The translations under genes were made by a program, and so were the position numbers. The notes beneath the pieces are model-generated. The model saw nothing but the letters and a program-made list of their open reading frames with translations. It made no database searches and was not told the DNA's origin. Below are positions 60,278-64,000 of a stretch of DNA of 64,000 nucleotides, in pieces (position 1 is the first letter of the stretch; each line of letters opens with the position of its first letter). Source of the stretch: Planctomycetota bacterium (lineage in GTDB: Bacteria; Planctomycetota; UBA1135; UBA2386); NCBI GenBank assembly GCA_965223545.1, contig OZ245006.1, forward strand, positions 2,496,001-2,560,000. Direction: 5' to 3'.

Positions 60278-60511
60278 TCAGCCCGCGGTCCAGAGCACGT
60301 GAAGCAAGATCGCCGACACCATGAACACGCCCGCCAACGTGAACGTGAACTTGTTGATGCCGCCGCTCTTGACGCCGAACGTCTCCGCGCCCATGCCGCC
60401 GAACGCCTCGGCCAAGCCGCCGCCCTTGGCCTCCTGCAGCAAGATCACGATCGACAGCAGGATTGCCGCCGCGAAGAACACGATCCACAGGAGAATCAGA
60501 ATGGCTGACAT
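60278..60511 (-). CDS. secG: Preprotein translocase subunit SecG
   Basis: Two TM segments with 'ILLQEAKGGGLA.AFGG'; follows tpiA. Confidence 0.93.
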   Translation of the reverse strand: MSAILILLWIVFFAAAILLSIVILLQEAKGGGLAEAFGGMGAETFGVKSGGINKFTFTLAGVFMVSAILLHVLWTAG

Positions 60512-60533
60512 GGCTTTGGTCGTCGCTCGACGA

Positions 60534-61298
60534 TCAGTGGTCGTACTCGATGATGGGGATGAAGGAGTCCGGCTTCAAGCTGGCACCGCCGACAAGCACT
60601 CCGTCGACGTCCTCCAGCGCCATCAGCCCCGCCACGTTGGCCGGGTTGACGCTGCCACCATACAGAATGCGGATCACCTCGGCGGCGCCGCCACCGAGCT
60701 TGGAACCGAGCCACTTGCGGATGGTCGCGTGCACGTCGGCGACCTGCTCGGGGCTGGCGACCTCGCCGGTCCCGATCGCCCACACCGGCTCGTATGCCAC
60801 AGTGACGCGGTGCAGGATCTCGCCGTCGAGCCCGGCCAAGCCCGCCTCGAGCTGGCGGCGCACGACGCGATCGGTCCGGTTGCCGCGCCTCTCGTCGATG
60901 GTCTCGCCGACGCAGAGGATCGGCAGCAGGTCGTGCCGCAGGGCGGCGCGCATCTTGTCGCCCATCCAGTCGTCGGGCTCACGGAACAGCTGCCGCCGCT
61001 CGCTGTGGCCGACCAGCACTCGATCGGCGCCGACCTCGCGCAGCATCGGCCCGGACAGCTCACCAGTGAACGCGCCCGCGTCCTCCCAGTACATGTTCTG
61101 CCCGCCGACGCCGAGCGGAGAGCCCTGGGCCACCGCCGACACGTCGGCGAGGTAGACCGCCGGAGTGAAGACGGCCACCTCGCGGTCATTGCCGTCGCCG
61201 AGGCGGCCTTTGATGGTCTTGATCAGATCGAGGGCCCTGGAGCGGTCCAGGTTCATCTTCCAGTTGCCCGCGATGTAGGGTTTGCGCACCCGCGTCAT
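60534..61298 (-). CDS. tpiA: Triosephosphate isomerase
   Basis: 'IAGNWKMN', 'GAFTGE', 'VGHSERR', 'CVGET', 'AYEPVWAIGTG', 'ILYGGSV', 'LVGGASL'; ATG overlaps the aroF stop. Confidence 0.98.
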   Translation of the reverse strand: MTRVRKPYIAGNWKMNLDRSRALDLIKTIKGRLGDGNDREVAVFTPAVYLADVSAVAQGSPLGVGGQNMYWEDAGAFTGELSGPMLREVGADRVLVGHSERRQLFREPDDWMGDKMRAALRHDLLPILCVGETIDERRGNRTDRVVRRQLEAGLAGLDGEILHRVTVAYEPVWAIGTGEVASPEQVADVHATIRKWLGSKLGGGAAEVIRILYGGSVNPANVAGLMALEDVDGVLVGGASLKPDSFIPIIEYDH

Positions 61299-62179
61299 GT
61301 GGCCCTCGCCTCTTGCGTTTCGTTCTGGCAGGCCTGCGATGCGGTTGGCCGACTGGCCGTTGCCACCGGCCGATTCCAACGACGGCCCGCCATCGGCAAC
61401 CATCGGTCGAGGTCGGCCATCAGCTGACGGAAATCGTCCGGCGTCAGAGCCTGGTCGGCGTCGCTGAGCGCCTTTGCCGGCTGCGGATGCACCTCGACCA
61501 AGAGGCCGTCGGCGCCGACCGCCAAAGCCGCCCGGGCCATGCTGGGCACCAGCGCGCGCCGGCCGGTGCCGTGGCTGGGGTCGACCAGAATCGGCAGCGG
61601 CGAGCGCTCGCGCAGCCGCGGCACGGCGGCTAGATCGAGCGTGTAGCGCACGCCGGGGTCGAATCCGCGAATCCCCCGCTCGCAGAGGATCACCTGGTCG
61701 TTGCCCTCGGCGAGCACGTAGTCCGCGGCCCCCAGCAGCTCGTCCAGCGTCGCGGCCGCGGCGCGCTTGAGCAACACCGGCAGCCCGGCGCGGCCGGCCT
61801 CGCGGAGCAGGGGGAAGTTCTGCATGTTTCGCGAGCCGATCTGCAGCACCGCGGCGTGCCTGGCGACGAGCTCGACGTCGCGCGGGTCGAGCACCTCGGT
61901 CACCACTGGCAAGCCACTGGCCGCGCCGGCCTCGCCGAGCAGGCCGAGGCCCTTGGCGCCGAGGCCCTGAAAGGAGCGCGGCGACGTCCGCGGCTTGTAG
62001 GCCCCGCCGCGTAGCATGGCGGCACCGGCACCGGCAACGGCGCACGCGGCGTGCAGCACCTGCTCTCGGCTCTCGACCGCACAAGGCCCGGCGATCACGG
62101 TGAACGTGTCCGGCCCGATCGACAGGCGGTCGGTCACCGACACCGAAGTTCGGGCGGGGCTCGCGGAGGGGTCGGGCAA
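61295..62179 (-). CDS. aroF: 3-deoxy-7-phosphoheptulonate (DAHP) synthase, class I-beta, catalytic barrel only
   Basis: 'IAGPCAVES', 'RGGAYKPRTSP.SFQG', 'QIGSRNMQN', 'LLKR', 'CERGIR', 'DPSHGTG', 'VEVHP', 'SD..Q'. Start is TTG 62179 or GTG 62143. Confidence 0.93.
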   Translation of the reverse strand: MPDPSASPARTSVSVTDRLSIGPDTFTVIAGPCAVESREQVLHAACAVAGAGAAMLRGGAYKPRTSPRSFQGLGAKGLGLLGEAGAASGLPVVTEVLDPRDVELVARHAAVLQIGSRNMQNFPLLREAGRAGLPVLLKRAAAATLDELLGAADYVLAEGNDQVILCERGIRGFDPGVRYTLDLAAVPRLRERSPLPILVDPSHGTGRRALVPSMARAALAVGADGLLVEVHPQPAKALSDADQALTPDDFRQLMADLDRWLPMAGRRWNRPVATASRPTASQACQNETQEARAT

Positions 62180-62204
62180 CGTGGTGTGCGAAAAAGGGCA
62201 GCGG

Positions 62205-62233
62205 ACGATAGGACGCCGGCGAGGGAGGGTCAA
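62205..62233 (-). promoter_or_regulatory. Sigma70-type promoter for the aroF-tpiA operon
   Basis: Minus strand TTGACC-17 nt-TATCGT. Confidence 0.65.
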
Positions 62234-62318
62234 TTTCTTCCGCCGCCAGGCCCCGACCACCGGCCGAAACCCCGCCCTCACCGGCGAGGCACTGCCGGGT
62301 AGAGTCCTTGGCCGCGCC

Positions 62319-63731
62319 ATGCTCCCGCCCGACTCCCCGAACTCCGCCGAAGGCGCCACGCTCGATCCGACCCCCGACGAGATGCGCCGCCTGGGCCATC
62401 TCGCGGTCGATCTGGCGGTGGAGCACTGGACCACGCTCCGCCAGCGCCGGGTCGGACAGCGCGCGAGCGCGGCCGAGGCCGGTGCGGTGATCCGCGAGCC
62501 GCTGCCGGAGACCGGCCACGGCCTCGAGTCCTCGCTGCACCGCTATTTCGAACAGCTGCTCGACACCGCGACCTTCACCAACCACCCGCGCTTCTTCGCC
62601 TACGTACCGGGGCCGGGCAGCTTTGCCGGTGCACTCGGCGGCTGGGTCGCCGCCGCCACCAACCTGTTCGTCGGCACTTGGCTGGGGGGCGCGGGGATGG
62701 CGCAGCTCGAGCTCGAGGTGCTCGAGTGGCTGCGCCAAGCGCTCGAGCTTCCCGAGGGGACGACGGGTGTGCTCACCTCCGGCGGCTCGGTCGCCAACAT
62801 GAGCGCGCTGGCGGCGGCGCGGGCGCATGCCGGTGCACCCGAGCGCGGCGCGGTGTTCACCTCCGAGGCCGCGCACTACTCGTTCGCCAAGGGGGCACGA
62901 GTGATCGGGCTGCCCGAAGCGGCGATCCGCGCCGTGCCGACCGACGCGCGCGGCCGCATGCGGGTCGACGCGCTGCGCGGCGCGTTGCAAGCCGCCGTGG
63001 ACGGGGGCGAAGTGCCGTTCTGCGTCTGCGCCACCGCCGGCACGACCTCGATCGGCAGCATCGACCCGCTGACGGAGATCGCCGACCTCTGCGCCGAGTT
63101 CGGAGTCTGGCTGCACGTCGACGGCGCGTACGGCGCCGCGGTGGCGCTGCTGCCGGAGGAACGCGAGGCACTCGCCGGAATCGAGCGCGCCGACTCGCTC
63201 ACCCTCGACCCGCACAAGTGGCTGTACGCACCGTTCGAGTGCGGCTGCCTCTTGACTGCGCACACAGGGTCGCTGCGGCGCGCGTTCACCGCCGACGCCG
63301 ACTACCTGCAGGACGTGCCGCGCGACGAGGTCAACTTCTTCGAGCGCGGGCCCGAGCTCTCGCGGGGCAACCGCGCCCTGCCACTCTGGATGTTGCTGCG
63401 CTCGGTGGGTCTGGAGCGGATCCGCGTCGCGATCCGCAGCGACCTTCGGCTGTGCCGGCTGGCGCGCGATCTGATCGCCGCCGATCCGCGGCTGGAGATC
63501 GTCACCGAGCCGCAGCTGTCGATCTTCTCGTTCGCGGTGCGGGGGGACGAGGATGCGAGCCAGCGTTTGGTGGAGATCCTGCTGCAGGACGGGCGGGTGA
63601 TGCTGTCCTCGGCGCGGGTCGATGGACGGTTCGTGCTGCGGTTTTGCGTGGTCAATCACCGGACCAGCGAGGACGACATTCGCGCCGCGGTCGCGGTGAT
63701 CAGGGATTCGGTGGCTGCCGCCGCCGAGTAA
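62319..63731 (+). CDS. PLP-dependent group II amino-acid decarboxylase
   Basis: 'HPRFFAYVP', 'GVLTSGGS.AN', 'AHYS..K', 'ATAGTT..GSID', 'WLHVDGAYG', 'DSLTLDPHKWL'. Confidence 0.93.
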   Translation: MLPPDSPNSAEGATLDPTPDEMRRLGHLAVDLAVEHWTTLRQRRVGQRASAAEAGAVIREPLPETGHGLESSLHRYFEQLLDTATFTNHPRFFAYVPGPGSFAGALGGWVAAATNLFVGTWLGGAGMAQLELEVLEWLRQALELPEGTTGVLTSGGSVANMSALAAARAHAGAPERGAVFTSEAAHYSFAKGARVIGLPEAAIRAVPTDARGRMRVDALRGALQAAVDGGEVPFCVCATAGTTSIGSIDPLTEIADLCAEFGVWLHVDGAYGAAVALLPEEREALAGIERADSLTLDPHKWLYAPFECGCLLTAHTGSLRRAFTADADYLQDVPRDEVNFFERGPELSRGNRALPLWMLLRSVGLERIRVAIRSDLRLCRLARDLIAADPRLEIVTEPQLSIFSFAVRGDEDASQRLVEILLQDGRVMLSSARVDGRFVLRFCVVNHRTSEDDIRAAVAVIRDSVAAAAE

Positions 63732-63869
63732 CCCCACCCCATCCGCGAACTCGCCGGCGGCAGAGCACCGCGAGGCCTGCATTGGGAGTTCTCGAGTCGT
63801 CGGAGCTACTGGTGCAACACCGACCCGAGCCGGGGATAGTTGCCCGGAGGCCGGCGAGCGACGCGGGCC

Positions 63870-64000
63870 ATGCCGCCGACGACATCCATCATGACGACAC
63901 CACCACGACTCTCGTTCACGGGCGCTGGCGGCTGCGCGGTCGTCGGTCGCGCGATGGCCCGGCTGATCCTGCCGGGGCTGTTGGCGGCCGCATCCGCGTC
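63870..64000 (+). CDS. Possible 5' end of an exported protein (runs off window)
   Basis: Open frame from ATG 63870/63891: 'MTTPPRLSF...MARLILPGLLAAASA'; too short to be sure. Confidence 0.35.
   Translation, partial: MPPTTSIMTTPPRLSFTGAGGCAVVGRAMARLILPGLLAAASA

Noticed and set aside
60534..63782. Apparent 1082-aa TpiA fusion
   Set aside because: The N-terminal part overlaps aroF in another frame and is antisense to the decarboxylase; TpiA starts at ATG 61298, coupled to the aroF stop.

Overview
A high-GC (about 70% by eye), gene-dense bacterial chromosomal segment. It is most likely from a Planctomycetota genome, inferred from a DUF1549/DUF1553 cytochrome-c + DUF1501 pair, sulfatases, FG-GAP proteins and two ECF sigma modules. 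About 47 CDS can be supported. Housekeeping genes are ahcY, ggt and a tightly coupled aroF-tpiA-secG-yicC-gmk-coaC-Na+/solute symporter operon. The rest is mostly secreted, lipoprotein or signalling genes, plus an orphan single-module NRPS. No rRNA, tRNA, CRISPR array, transposase or phage gene was recognised. The best candidate for an undescribed system is a ~110-130 aa C-terminal domain shared by five unrelated secreted proteins, all with a Sec signal peptide followed by Gln, resembling a sorting signal. Other notable items: an ECF operon with two paralogous mini-MotA-like proteins and no MotB; a lipoprotein/FG-GAP/non-RD kinase-FGE receptor operon; an ECF with an LRR anti-sigma; an invertebrate-type lysozyme homologue; a CoaC lacking the catalytic Cys; a perfect 95-bp palindrome; a structured ~200-bp tandem repeat; and repeated leaderless-promoter geometry. 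All family assignments come from motifs read by eye; no searches were run, and many start codons are re-called relative to the ORF track.
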